Below are positions 49,371 to 61,688 of a DNA stretch of 64,000 nt, piece after piece. Origin of the DNA: Hyaloraphidium curvatum SAG 235-1 (lineage: Eukaryota > Fungi > Monoblepharomycota); NCBI GenBank assembly GCA_025558095.1, contig JAIVFI010000019.1:248001-312000 (forward strand). The letters run 5' to 3'. Numbering within the stretch: the first letter of the stretch is position 1; each line of letters opens with the position of its first letter. The notes beneath the pieces are model-generated. The model did not search any database. It was not told where the DNA came from and worked only from the letters and a program-made list of their open reading frames with translations. Made by a program: the position numbers and the translations under genes.

Positions 49371-50440
49371 ATGGAAGTCGACGGCGTTGCGGCAGCCCCC
49401 TCGAAACCGTAAGCAAGACACTTCCGGCTCTGGGGGCCGGCTCCGGTGGCACGGCTGACTTCGTTGCGTTCCAGCGCGAAGGGCGTTTCGTTCGCTGAGG
49501 ACATTCCCTTGCTGTCGGCAAAAGCAAAACGGCGGGTCGACGTTGCGGCGAGCGAGGTCCGGCGGACGAAGGGAGGGCGTCGCAAACGGCGGCGCGAGAA
49601 TGGTAACGCGCTCTGCCTGGACAGATCCAGAGTCGCTCACGTCCCGTCTCGTCCTCCAGATAGCTTCGTTCAGCATCCTCTTTCGGAACGTTTGGGCGAC
49701 TTGCTGGAGCAGGATGATCTCCTCCCGCCGTCGCACAGCACTCGCCGACCAGGGCCTTTCGCGGCCCTTCGCCAGTCGCGGCAGGACCTCGAAAAGCTCT
49801 TGTTCCAGGACGGAATTGCCAGCGTTCCGCGGGAACGCAACCATGCCGAGCGGAACGTGCCCGCGGTTCCGAGGATGTCCAAATCGGATCGGCGCCTGCG
49901 AAAGGCGATCGCGGGGCTCCCTGGCATGTGGCCGTGGATCGTGGAGCGCGAAGAGGAGCTGATCAAGTTCGCGTTGGAGCGCGTCCATGGACGATGGCAG
50001 GAAGTCATCACGCGCAACGACGACACCAACGGCCAGTGGACCACCGTTCGGTCGGGCGATGATGAGCCCGGATCGAGCGACGAGTCTGGGGCGGAAAGCG
50101 ACACCGTCTACGTGTCGACCGTGGGTGGCACGAGCAAGACAATGTCTTCTCGCCGGAGGAGAGCATCGCTGGACGTCCGGGACGTCCCCGAGTTCCTTCT
50201 TTGGCACGGACAGGACGCCTTTGGTCGCCTCGTGCTGCACAGTCTCGCCAGATACTACAGCATGAATTCACAGACCCTGGTCGATGAGAACTCGGAGACG
50301 AGGGTACGTCGGACGGAGCTCGGCCTCATTGTGTCGAAGATTGATGGTGTTGTCCGCAGATGATATTGGTCCGCGACCGTGCGGCAGGACACGGGCCTCT
50401 TCCTTTGGTCAGATTTAGTGCCATCATGTGCACGAACTGA
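49371..50440 (+). CDS. R3H-domain protein with R3H-associated N-terminal region (R3HDM4-like)
   Basis: GRRKRRREND-type motif after splicing and FGRLVLHSLARYYSMNSQT (RxxxH) near the C-terminus. Confidence 0.75.
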
Positions 50441-50466
50441 TTCAATCCACACATCTTTGACGCTCC

Positions 50467-52297
50467 TTACGTCTGTTCCTCCTCATTCTCGTCATCGTCG
50501 TTTGCGACCTTCCCACCAACTTCGCTGTCCTCCGCGGCCTCGCTTGCTGCCACCCCATCGACATCCCCATCTTCCGCGCCTTCTTCGTTTGCTTCCACCA
50601 ATCTTTCGGGGGTCTGAGCTCGTGGTTCGATGACAGCTGGGTCCATCCCAAAGGAGACCCTTTTGCGAGCGTTGCTTCCTTTGCTGGGCCGGCTTTGGCT
50701 CTGCGTCGCTATAAACAGATCAAGCTGGCTTTCAGACGGCTCCACTTCGCCGATTGGGGGCACCCTGGACGTCTGCAGTATGCCCTCCGCAGTGGGTGCG
50801 CTTTCGACGGAGATAACTGCGTCTCGGCCAGCTTCCTGCGAGTCGACCGCCATTTCGCGCTGCCGTTCAAGGAGCCTTGGGACAAGCACGAGACTGTGAG
50901 AATGGAGTCCATTTCCACGAAGGCTAAAGCTCCCACCTCTTTGACATCTCCAGCGTGTCCATGAAGCTCTTGACAGGCTTCGACGGCGCTTTGGGCGCCT
51001 TCGTCTTAGTAGCTGCTCCCGGCGCCGCGGCTGCGTTGGTGCGCTGCATGTTGCCGGGGGCGCTGCGACTCCTGTCGGTCTCTCCTTCGATGAACCAGGA
51101 CGGCGAGTTGGCACGCGGGTTGGCAAAGTCTGCCCCTGCCGTCGGCGGCTTCAACTCTCGGCTGTTCAAATAATCGCAAGGGATGAACGGCTCATTGTTG
51201 GTGGCCACGGAGAAGTGCGTGCAGGCGGAGTCCAGCAGCTCCTGGATCGAGTGTATGCGCCGACCTGACGGTAGGGCGTACAGCCGTTTCGGCCTCCCGT
51301 ACGAAAGCTTGAGATGCTGGGCCAGATGCGCCAGGAGCTGCACCGCGACGAACTTGTCTGAGAAGTTTCCCGGCATCGTGCTCGTGACCCGAACATACCT
51401 TGTTCAGATTCTCGAACCGACCTCTGCTCACCGTTACCCTGGTACCAGAGTGGAAAGGCACTCCGTTGGGCAGAAAGACGCAGATCTGCACCGAGGTGCC
51501 TGTGTGCTGGGAATCTCCGGCACCGTCTGGCTCGTGCCTTCTACCATCCGATGCCTCCGGGATGCGGTAGTGCACGATCTTGAGGGAGCCCTGAGCCAGT
51601 GCCACGAGAGAGATCCCGTCATGGAGCTCCCCCAGGTCCGTGATTGGCAAGTACGTCTCGGCGTTGTACAGACGCCTGACGTAGGCGGGGTGTCGCAGGC
51701 TCAGTGTTACGGTTTCGAGGAGCTGCGGAGGACGGGTCAGCAACAGCGCGAGAAGGTCGATCTGGAGACGCTCCGACACCGTACGTGACTGAAAGACTGG
51801 CAGTTGCGGATGTTAAGGACCACGGAAATGGCTTGGTTGCTGTCGTCGCCGTTGGAAAACAGAAAGACGCGGAGGCCTTTGCTCTGTGGTCCGAACCGCC
51901 CCGACGAAGCCGGCGCCCGCGGCACCAACCGGCGGACCACCGGCGGCGCGTGGGGCCCTATGCTGTTCTTTCTCGCGAGAATTTCGTCCCCGTTTGCAGC
52001 GGGCTTCACAGGGCCGTCGGGGAACAGGTACTCCACGTTGCGCTTGAGCTTTTCCCCGGCCGCGACGGCAACGTATCGCCACCCGTCCTCTAGTCCGGCA
52101 AGACCCGCATGCTTTGCAATCTGCTCCCCGGATTGCAGGTCGTACAGTCCTTGCACGTTGATGCCCAGCGTGCTCGAGAGGTGGCGCAGGATCGCGTCCC
52201 AAGTGCGGAATGTCCGCGGCGACAAGACCATCCGCTTGGCAGGCACCAGAGCTCGTCCATTCACGAGAACATAGATCCGTTTCACGCCCGAATCCAT
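50467..52297 (-). CDS. Doublecortin (DCX) domain protein with three tandem DCX-like repeats
   Basis: Three repeats of IxVxxNG..(T/S)W/F..LL..L(S/T)..L..V..LY...G..I..L.EL.DG..YVA: RIYVLVNG, RVFLFSNGD, ICVFLPNG; low-complexity acidic tail. Confidence 0.8.
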
Positions 52298-52740
52298 GGC
52301 GGGCGATGCGGATCCAGTGGGAATTGGCGTTCAAAAAGTGGGGCCGTCGGAGTCCTGAATCGGCTTCGGCGCGGCAAAGGCGCGAACCACGCATCGTTGG
52401 GCCAAAGTCTGGGAACCGCGTCAAGCCGCTTACGCGGGCCGGAAACGGTGAGCCTCGCCGCCAAAGAGCGAGAACCGGGCGTCTCGGAGCCGGGCACCGG
52501 GACAGCGCGGCCAACCGTCGGCGGACTTCGCGGGACAGGGACACGGGGCGGTGCTCCGCCTCTTCCCCCGCGCATTCGGCGCCATTCCCCCCGCTGCCGG
52601 CTCTCCGCTGCATTGGCTTGGATTTGCTGCTGACTTCCGGGCGGATTTCGCGTCTCGAACTGGTCAGGCGCCCCGTCCCCCGCTGCTCCCCGCGCCCTGC
52701 CCGGCTGGTTCCCCGTGCTCCTCGCGAAGGAACAGCGGCC

Positions 52741-54543
52741 ATGACGGTCACAATCGATTTTGCGTCGACCGTCGGCAAGCCTACGAAGGCGCTCGCCGAC
52801 GCTCTCGACGAGCTTGGCACCCACCTCGCACGGTCCCGGAGATGTGTCGTCGTGACCGGTGCCGGCATCTCCGTCGCCGGGGGCATTCCTGTGAGTGATT
52901 CTCGAAACGAAGTGTATTTCGAAAGCGGCAGGCAGCTCATGCGTGTCGCGCACCCAGGACTTCCGGTCCTCCGACGGCCTCTACAACCTGGTCAAGCAAA
53001 AGTACCCGCACGCCGTCGTCAAGGGGAAGGACCTCTTCGATGCAAACCTCTTCAAGGATGCCACGTCGACCTCCGTGTTCTACACCTTCGTCGCCGAGCT
53101 GAAGGAGCTGGTCAACCGAGCGTCGGTTACGCGCGCACACGAGTTCATCAAGTCCCTCGACGACAGGGGCAAGCTGATGCGCTGCTACACCCAAAACATC
53201 GACGGCCTCGAACCGCGCATCGGCATGTGCGCTCGCCTGGACCTTGCTGTCACCCCGCCGCGCGTGAAGGGCAAGGCGAAGCAGGAGGACGGGGCGAACC
53301 ACGTGCGCGTCGTTCAGCTGCACGGGGACCTCGATCATGTCGTTTGCACGCTCTGCCGGGCCTCTTTCTCGTTCGAGGAGGAGCACCGTCTCGTGTTCCA
53401 GGGCGGCGAGCCGCCGGCTTGCCCTTCCTGCGTGGAGACCGAGGCGACGCGGCAGGCTGCGGGGAAACGCAGGCTCGGGGTCGGCACGCTCAGGCCAGCC
53501 ATCGTTCTGTACAACGAGAACCACGACAAGGGTGGGTGATGGATGGCACTGCATGGCATTATCGTGCTTCTGACCCGCCCCCGCCCCCAGGGGACATCAT
53601 CGGCAAGCTCGTCGGCATCGACCTGCGCCGGAAGCCGGATATGCTCATCGTCATGGGCACGTCGCTCAAAGTCGTTGGCATCAAGAAAGTGGTCAAGGAC
53701 CTCGCCAAGGCCATCCACGCCAGCCCGAACGGCCGCGTCGTGCTCATCAACCAGACGGGCGTGACGAAGGAATGGGAGAGCGTGTTCGACTACCACGTGC
53801 TGGGCCCCGCGGATGCAATCGTCGACCATCTTTGGAAGGATCTTGACCGGAAGGAGCAGAAGAAGGCGATCGAGAAGCTGACGGAGAACGCACGGCCGAA
53901 CCCGCAACGTATGGATCAATCGCTTGGGACGACTCGCTCCGTTCCTAACATTTTCCGTCCAGCTGGCGCAGGGACCCCACGCATCAGCACCTTGTTCAAC
54001 CAGACCAAAGCATCCGCGAACCGAATCGTCGCGAAGTCGCCGAAAGCTGCCTCCTCCCGCTGGTCTCCGTCGATGTCTCCGCGGACTGCATCTGTTCTGG
54101 GACCCCACAAGCCTCTTCCGGTGCCTCGCGCACAGAACGATTCGGACTCTGCGCACGCGAAGCGCATGCTTTCCCCGTCCTTCGTTCCGTGCCCTCCCGC
54201 CGAGCCTGATTCTCCCCAGAAGAGGAGACGCACTCTCTCTGGAGGGAATCTGGCGCTGGACGATGACATTTCTGTCATTGCGGGCGCCACCATCGCGCAG
54301 GACACGGGCTTTATCGCGGCGGTGTCTTCGTCGGCGGCGCTGTCGATGGGTGTCCCGCGGGTAGTGACGCCCGCCGCTGTTGCCGCAACGAAAGTGCCAC
54401 GCACGCAGGCGGAGCAGGTCGCAGTGAGCACGTTGTTCAGGAGCACCAAATCCGGGGCGAGGACGGCGGACTCCAAGGCAAAGGCCGGCGGCGTGGCGGC
54501 GCGCGCCGCACCGAGCCGGGCTCCCGTCGTGGCTGGCAACTAG
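52741..54543 (+). CDS. NAD-dependent deacetylase, sirtuin Hst3/Hst4 type
   Basis: VVVTGAGISVAGGIPDFRSSDG, GKDLFDA, YTQNIDGLE, QLHGDL, CTLC..CPSC, LRPAIVLY, IVMGTSLKV. Confidence 0.92.
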   Translation: MTVTIDFASTVGKPTKALADALDELGTHLARSRRCVVVTGAGISVAGGIPVSDSRNEVYFESGRQLMRVAHPGLPVLRRPLQPGQAKVPARRRQGEGPLRCKPLQGCHVDLRVLHLRRRAEGAGQPSVGYARTRVHQVPRRQGQADALLHPKHRRPRTAHRHVRSPGPCCHPAAREGQGEAGGRGEPRARRSAARGPRSCRLHALPGLFLVRGGAPSRVPGRRAAGLPFLRGDRGDAAGCGETQARGRHAQASHRSVQREPRQGWVMDGTAWHYRASDPPPPPGDIIGKLVGIDLRRKPDMLIVMGTSLKVVGIKKVVKDLAKAIHASPNGRVVLINQTGVTKEWESVFDYHVLGPADAIVDHLWKDLDRKEQKKAIEKLTENARPNPQRMDQSLGTTRSVPNIFRPAGAGTPRISTLFNQTKASANRIVAKSPKAASSRWSPSMSPRTASVLGPHKPLPVPRAQNDSDSAHAKRMLSPSFVPCPPAEPDSPQKRRRTLSGGNLALDDDISVIAGATIAQDTGFIAAVSSSAALSMGVPRVVTPAAVAATKVPRTQAEQVAVSTLFRSTKSGARTADSKAKAGGVAARAAPSRAPVVAGN

Positions 54544-54635
54544 CTGGACTAGTGGAATGAATCATCGGCTTCGGCATCTTACGCATGGCGTGTTTCTGTT
54601 GCATTCGTCGTACACTACCTTTAATGTACTAATGT

Positions 54636-55277
54636 CTACCGAATCAAGCTGTCGAGAGCATTCTTGTTCCGCACGCGATGGTCCGCAGGGTTGGCGAAAG
54701 CCTCGTACACTGTGATGATGGGATCGCGATGGTATGTCTCGAACTCCCCTCGGAGGCCAATGTACGATACCCGCGTCGCCTCGTCCTCCCCGCCGTAGTT
54801 CTCGGGGATGAAGATGGTCAGATGCCGCACGCTCTTGAAGTTCGCGACCTTCGTCCAGTACCACGGCGTTTCGCCCTCTGGCACCGACGACAGGAGGGCA
54901 AACTCCTGATCCGGAGTCGTGTCCTCGACGGATGTGAAGTCGAGCGACTCGTTGTTGATGAAGAGGGAGACCCGGGATGGCGTGCTTTCTCCCGGGCCAC
55001 CAAGGATGCAGATGCTCTTGAGCTTCACGAGGCCCGTGAACGGCACGTGGAAGAGCAGCTGGCTGTCCGCGTCCGACTCGACGAATCGCGTGCGGTCGAA
55101 GCGTTCGTCCCACGGCTTGAACACGGTGCGTCCCGCCTCGGGCACCGATTCGTTCAAGCAGCGCACGCGGTCCAGAAAGACGTGCGAGTACAGCGAGTCC
55201 TCGATGCCGCGATCCGGGCCCTCCTTTCCGTCGTGGTCGTGGTCCCGGGCCCCCTCCGAATGGTCGTGGTCGTGCAT
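54636..55277 (-). CDS. PITH domain-containing protein (PITHD1-like)
   Basis: SLYSHV..VRCLNE, VESDADSQLLFHVPFTGLVKLKSI, YEAFANPADH; single exon. Confidence 0.9.
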   Translation of the reverse strand: MHDHDHSEGARDHDHDGKEGPDRGIEDSLYSHVFLDRVRCLNESVPEAGRTVFKPWDERFDRTRFVESDADSQLLFHVPFTGLVKLKSICILGGPGESTPSRVSLFINNESLDFTSVEDTTPDQEFALLSSVPEGETPWYWTKVANFKSVRHLTIFIPENYGGEDEATRVSYIGLRGEFETYHRDPIITVYEAFANPADHRVRNKNALDSLIR

Positions 55278-55494
55278 CGTCCGAACTCCGAGGACGAGTA
55301 CAACCCAAGTAGACAGAGCGTGAAGAGCCCTACGGTGATGAAAACGGCCCCGACCTCCTGCACGGGCGGGTGCGCGAGGGCGGAAAGTTCATGCGCAGCG
55401 CACCGAAACACTGTCTCAGAAGTGACGTGGCGAGCCGAGTAGTATGTTCAGCTTTTGCTACAAGAAGGAAACGGCCACTTCCTCCATCAAGCGA

Positions 55495-57862
55495 TCAAGC
55501 CGGCTGCGGAGCCAGCCCCACGATCTTCCCGACCTTCTTCGCGGTGCTGGCTGCGCGCACGGTCCACAGGGAGCGATCCAGCGCCCTCTTCTCCTCCGGG
55601 CTCAGGTCCGCGCCGAGGCCTTCCAGGGTCTTTTCCACCTCGCGGAGGTACTTGCCCGCAAAGTCGAGCAGGTCGAGGTCGGGATCGAGGCGGCGGCCGA
55701 TGCCCTCGACCAGCACGATCGACACCACGACGCTGACAAACTCGCCCTGCACAAAAACGCGTCAAGCGTCGTTCGCGAGCAGCTCTTGGCGGCAACCAAC
55801 CTCAAACTGAACGTGGTAGTTCCGGACCGCGTGCATCACCCGCGCCAGGATGTCGCCGATGCCGATGTTCTGCAGCTGCAGCGTCCTCGAAAAGACGTCC
55901 TTCACGATCGAGTCCACCGCGCGCGCGAACCCGTCCTTGTCCGTGCACGTCTCGGGCCTCCGCGACCGCTCCACCATGAGCTCCCCGGCGCGGTACCCCC
56001 GCCCCTCGCAGACGGCCCGGAACAGGTCCAGGAAGTTCTTGAGGTCCGCCGTGCGCAGGGACGACGTGAGCCCGCAGTCGAGCAGCACCAGATGCGGCTT
56101 GTAGCCTTTGCGGACCAGGTCGTCGACGGCGGCGACGAACTCGTGCTCGGGCAGGTCGCGCAGCCGCCGCGCGTCGTAGAGCTTCAGCGGCGAGGGCGGC
56201 ATCATGATCTCCTCCTGGGCGAGCGGGAAGAAGGTGCTCTGGAAGGCCTTGAGCATGCCGACGAGGAAGCCGCGCTCGGGCTGGGGCTCGATGAAGTTGA
56301 CGAGGATGTTGCCGGGGTGCAGATCGACCTGCCGTGCGCGGGACGGTCACATCCAGCTAGGTCATACGGCGACGTGCGACCCACGTGGACAAAGTTGTCG
56401 ACGGCGAGCATGGTAAGCAGGCAGTCGAGCCCCGTCTTGGCAAGCGTGCTGTCGGCCGCGGTCGGCTCCGAGCTCATGAGGAACTTGCTCAGGGGTATGG
56501 CCGTCTCGTATGTCTCCACCATCACCTGCCAATCCGTGAGCGCGTGCTCCCGCTGTCACCACAAAAACCTACCCTGCTCGAGACGAAAGGCCGGATCACG
56601 GTTGGGAACGAGACCTCGTCGCGGTCCGCAAAGTTGGCCGTGAACCGCTCGATGTTGGTGGCCTCGGTCCTGAGGTCCAGCTGCGCCCGCATCATGGTCC
56701 CGAAGGTGCGCACCTCGTCCGGGATGCTGAACCAGTGCAGGCCCGGCAGCATGTGCACGATGTTGGCAAGGAAGAGGAGGATGGCGAGGTCGCGGTTGAC
56801 GGTTTTGGAGACGCGCGGGTGGAGCACCTTGACCGCGCAGACGGGGGGGTCGTGCGGGCTGAAGGAGGGCGGGACCTGCCGGGGGTGCAGGGTCGCGCGG
56901 TACACCTGGGCGATGGCGCCGACGCCGACGGGTTCCGCGTCGAAGGACTCGAAGATCTCCTCGATAGGCAGGCCGAAGAACTTGTTGATGGCGCGCTGGG
57001 TCTCCTCGAACGAGTGCGGGGCGACCTGCGACTGCAGGCGGGAGAGCCGGATGCAGAGTTCGGGGGGGAAGATGTCGACGCGCGTGCTGGCCCACTGCGC
57101 GAGCTGCCAACGGCGTTACCAACAGATCGTCGACCTCCGCCGAGCTGGCATTACCTTGATGAAGGTGGCCCCGGCGATTTCCATGCAGCGCACGAGCAGA
57201 TCGTACCACCAGAGCGCCCCCGCCCGCTCAGAGTCAAACTCCGGGCACTTTCTGCCGAAAAAGATGGCCGGGATGGTCACGAGCGGTGGGAGGAAGACGA
57301 TGGAGAGGTATATCGCGCGCAGGACCGTCTTGACGGCCTCCGGGACGACCTTCAGGAAGAAGAAGCTCAGGGAGAAGGGCCTGTCCGCGTTGTCGTAGGC
57401 GCCCGGGAGCGGGCTCGCCTCCACGATGATGTCCAGCGGCTTGACCGACATGACGTTGTCGATCGTGTACTTTTCCCCGGGCTTCAGTGCCACTTCGGCG
57501 TACACGATCCCCGCGGAGCCGAGGCCCGCGAAGAACACGCCCGCGAAGAAGGCTGCAGCGTTCCTCCGGCGGCCTCCTCCGGGAGGCGGAGGTCCACGGG
57601 TGCCTGGGATCTGGGCGGCAGCAACCGAGAAGCCGGCGCGTCCGGCCCAGCCGTGCCACGCGGGTGGTGTCCGCAGGGAGACGATGAGCTGGGAAGGGGG
57701 CGATCCCGCGCTCCGAACCGGCGCGAGCGAGGGCGTCGCGTGCACGTGAAGCCGGCAGGGTCCGAAGTTCCGGAGCAGCGATGCGGGGCCGCCGACGCGT
57801 CCGCCCCCGCGGAGCACCGCACGGAGCACGCCGTGCGCGCCCCGCAAGGCGGGCGGGGCCAT
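55495..57862 (-). CDS. ABC1/UbiB-family atypical kinase (ADCK2/Cqd1-like), probably mitochondrial
   Basis: GATFIK|WASTR.DIFP, VGVGAIAQVYRA, AVKVLHP, DNFVHVDLHPGNI, LLDCGL, VEGIGRRLDPDLDL. Confidence 0.9.
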
Positions 57863-57927
57863 GGTCGGGGGGGTTGGCGGGATGTTCCGCCTCCGACGGG
57901 GCCCGACGGCGTAAACAACCACAAACA

Positions 57928-58512
57928 ATGGCCGCGCCGCTGCCGCCCGCGCAGCGCCCCGCGGCGTTCGCCGAGGCGGCGGCGCTCGTGCTGCGGCGGT
58001 GGACGGCGCTGCAGATCGCGCTCGACAACGGCCTCGGCGCCGCGGACGCGCAGACCGAGTTCGGCGAGCTGCTCGGCGAGGTGCTCGGCTTCTTCGCGCG
58101 CAACGGCGCAGACGCGCACGCGGACGTGCTCGCAGACAACTTCGACGCGTACTTCGACGACGCATTCGGCGTGGCGCTGGAGGACGGCTCGGCAGGCCAG
58201 GTCGCGCGCGCGCTAGGCGACCTGCACCGCAAAATCGTCGGCAGCGGCGACGCCTCCCCGCTGGCCGCCCTGCGCGAGTCGCAGGACCGCGTGGTCGGCT
58301 CGCAGCGCGCCGGCTCGCAGCTGGTGGCCGCACAGGACGAGGGCCTGACCGTCGAGGACGGCTCGAGCTCGGACGACGGCGAGGACAGCGGCGACGAGGA
58401 CATGGAGGACGCAGCGCCGGCAGCGGGCCCGTCGGCAGCCCCGCCGCGGAGGGAGAAGCAGGAGAGGATCATCGACGAGGACGGCTGGGAGACCGTGCAG
58501 CGGAAGCGGTAG
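57928..58512 (+). CDS. TSR2: Pre-rRNA-processing protein Tsr2
   Basis: WTALQIALDNGLG (WGG-domain-like), EDGSAGQVA, C-terminal DEDGWETV. Confidence 0.88.
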   Translation: MAAPLPPAQRPAAFAEAAALVLRRWTALQIALDNGLGAADAQTEFGELLGEVLGFFARNGADAHADVLADNFDAYFDDAFGVALEDGSAGQVARALGDLHRKIVGSGDASPLAALRESQDRVVGSQRAGSQLVAAQDEGLTVEDGSSSDDGEDSGDEDMEDAAPAAGPSAAPPRREKQERIIDEDGWETVQRKR

Positions 58513-58751
58513 ACGCATGGCATGTGCCGCGGAACGGAGAACGATCATTCGCTCCCCGCCCCGCATCTCTGGACGGGCTCGCCGTCCATGTCCCCGTACC
58601 CACAATATTGGGCGTTCTTGTATTAACAAAAGAGAGGGAGCCCACAGATCCATTCATTACACTGTGCACCCACGGCCCCTCCTGTGGATGCTTTTCTCCT
58701 CTATGGGTGCCGACGCTGCCGGCGCATGGCAAGGAGGGTAGTGTCCGCGGC

Positions 58752-61189
58752 TCACGCCTTCTGCGCGGCCTTGAGCCGCTGCTCGAGCGCATCGAGCTGC
58801 GCGACGACGCCCTTGGGTAGGCGCTCGCCCATCTTGGCGTAGTACTCCCGGATCTGCGCGACCTCGTCCAGGTATCCGACCGGGTCGACGCTGAGCACCT
58901 CCTTCAGGTCCGCCTCGTCCATCTTCAGGCCGGAGAGGTCGAGGGCCTCGGGCGCCGGGGTGTAGCCGATCGGGGTCTCGATCGCGGCGGCCTTGTCCTC
59001 GCACCGCTCCACGATCCACTTGAGCACGCGCGAGTTCTAAACCAGAAGGCGAGATCAGCTCCACGCACACCGACCGACGCACACCAGCGACGACGCACCT
59101 CGCCGAAACCGGGCCACAGGAACTTGCCGCCCTTCTTGCGGAACCAGTTGACGTGGAAGATCTTGGGCAGCTTCGCCGCCTCGGTCTTCTTGCCGATCGA
59201 CAGCCAGTAGTTCCAGTAGTCGCCCATGTTGTAGCCGCAGAACGGCAGCATGGCGAAGGGGTCGAAGCGGAGCTGGCCCTTGCCGCCCTCAGCCGCGGCC
59301 GTCATCTCGGACGAGACGGACGAGCCGATCATGACGCCGTGGTCCCAGTCGTAGGCCTGGAAAACGAGCGGGGTCTTGGTCTGCCGGCGACCGCCGAAAA
59401 CGATGGCGTCGATCGGGACGCCTGCGAGGTTGTAGTAGGCGGGATCAAGGATCTGCGCGCGGGAGAGGCGATCAGCGGACCACAGGCGGCACGGCGCGGG
59501 CCGACGTACGGGGCACTGGTTCGAGGGGGCGGTGAAGCGGGAGTTGGGGTGCGCGAGGTCGGGCTTGGGCTCGCCCGAGTCCTTGGACCAGATCTGGCCC
59601 CTCCAGGTGGTGATCTTGCCCGCCGGCGGCTCGGGCGTCATGCCCTCCCACCACACGTCGCCGTCCTCGGTGAGGGCCACGTTCGTGTAGACGCAGTTGG
59701 CGTCGAGGCAGCGCATGGCGTTGTAGTTGGTGTCGTCCGAAGTACCGGGGGCGACGCCGAAGAAGCCGGCCTCGGGGTTGATCGCGTAGAGGCGACCGTC
59801 GGGGCCGAACTTGAGCCAGGCTGCAACGACAGCAGTGATGAGCGGGAACCAACGGCGAGCAAATCAAGCCGAGTACGCACCGATGTCGTCACCAATGGTC
59901 TCGACCTTCCACCCCGGGAGCGTGGGCCTCAGCATGGCGAGGTTGGTCTTGCCGCAAGCGCTGGGGAAAGCGGCCGCAATGTAGTGCTTCGAGCCGGCGG
60001 GGCTGGTAAGGCCCATGACGAGCATGTGCTCGGCCAGGGCGTCGCCGTCCTTGCGGGCCATGTTGGAAGCGATGCGGAGCGCGAGGCACTTCTTGCCGAG
60101 GAGCGCGTTGCCGCCGTAGCCGGAGCCGGTGGAGATGATCTCGAGGGTCTCGGGGAAGTGCGTGATCCAGCGGTTGGGGATGTTGCAGGGCCACGTGACG
60201 TCCTTGACGCCCTCCTTGAGCGGGTAAGCGACGGTGTGGACGCACTGGACCCAGGGCTGGTCGGGGTGCGCATCCAGGTAGTCCACGACCTTCTTGCCCA
60301 TGACGGCCATGATCCTCATGTTCACGACCACGTACGCGGAGTCGGTGATCTGCGGGAGGCGCGGGGTACGTGAGCATCGGAACAACCGCAGGCAAAAGAT
60401 ATCATCCGCACCTGGACACCGTAGCGAGCAAGGGGCGACCCCACAGGGCCCATGGAGAAGGCAATCACGTACATCGTGCGGCCTGATGCGAGGTGGTCAG
60501 ATCACTGATGCGGCGACGAGGACGAGCCGCAACGAAGCTCACCCTCCATGCAGCCCTCAAGGATGGGGGCAAGGATCGCCTTCATCTCCTCGGGGCTCTT
60601 CCAGTTGTTCGTCGGACCGGCATCCTCCTTGTTGGTCGTGCAGATGATAGTGGCGGCCTCGGAGCGGGCGACGTCGGCTGCGGGTCGGCGGAAGCAGCGG
60701 AGGAGGCAATGCAGCATACGAAGACCGCGGAAACGCGAGGAAAGAAGGTCCCAGTCAGACGACAGACGGATGTGGAGAGCAGTGGCCAAGACGCACCGGG
60801 GTCCGAACGAGCGAGGTACGAGTTGGGCCGAAGCTTCTCGTTCAGCTTCGTGAAGGTGCCCGCCTTGACGAGCGTGTCCTTCATCAGCTGGTCCTCTTCC
60901 TCGGAGCCGTCGACGTAGTGCACGGCCGCGGGCTTCATGACCTTGACATAGTGGTCAACGTAGTCGAGGATGGACTTGGACTTGATGTCCTCGCGCCTGC
61001 AGGGGCCGGAGAGTCAGCAACGGCGTTGCGAGTGCGTTCCAGACGCGGAGCGCCCTTTCGGAGGCCACAGACTGCCGTCGAAAGACCCTCGACCATCGCA
61101 GTCACACTTCCGGAAGTACGCCACCGTTCGGCCCGCTTGGGTGCGGCGCGCTGCAGAACCGCAACTCACTTGAGTCCTTCGGCAGGCAT
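58752..61189 (-). CDS. PCK: Phosphoenolpyruvate carboxykinase, GTP-dependent type
   Basis: [90 protein letters not shown]: signature motifs of the GTP family. Confidence 0.96.
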
Positions 61190-61688
61190 CGCGGCGTTCG
61201 TCGCTGGCGCGAACGGAGGACAGAGAGGGGAGAGGATGGGAAAAAGTGCGGACTTCCCGGAGCTCGTGGAGGCGAGGGTCTTTATGTTCGGAGCAGACCG
61301 GAAGACAACGCCGGGAAGACGGTCGGCGTCCGACAATTTCCGATTCCGCTGCCCTCGCGAACATGGACGGGCCAAATGTAGATCCTCCATCTAATTGATG
61401 ATGCAGCAGATGAAGCAAGTTGACTACAAGATGATTCGCAGCATCACGATCGCCGCCAAGCTGGATGACAGGCCGAGGACGCAGGATGCATGAACCCACC
61501 AATCCTGTGATGGAGACCCAGCGATGCCAGACTCGGCACGTCATTAGCTACATTCAATTGCTTGGACGTTGAGCTGTGGGAGCTTGACTTGACGATGGTC
61601 CTCGGTGTAAGGGCTACGGGTCGAGCGGGGAAGACTGCAGGTTTTCCCGAAGTGCAATGGCCGAGATCCACATCATCCATTGCGACCA

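Noticed and set aside
52210-54543. 777-aa ORF as one protein
   Set aside because: Read-through of sirtuin exons in different frames plus upstream GC-rich sequence; the real gene is spliced and starts near 52741.
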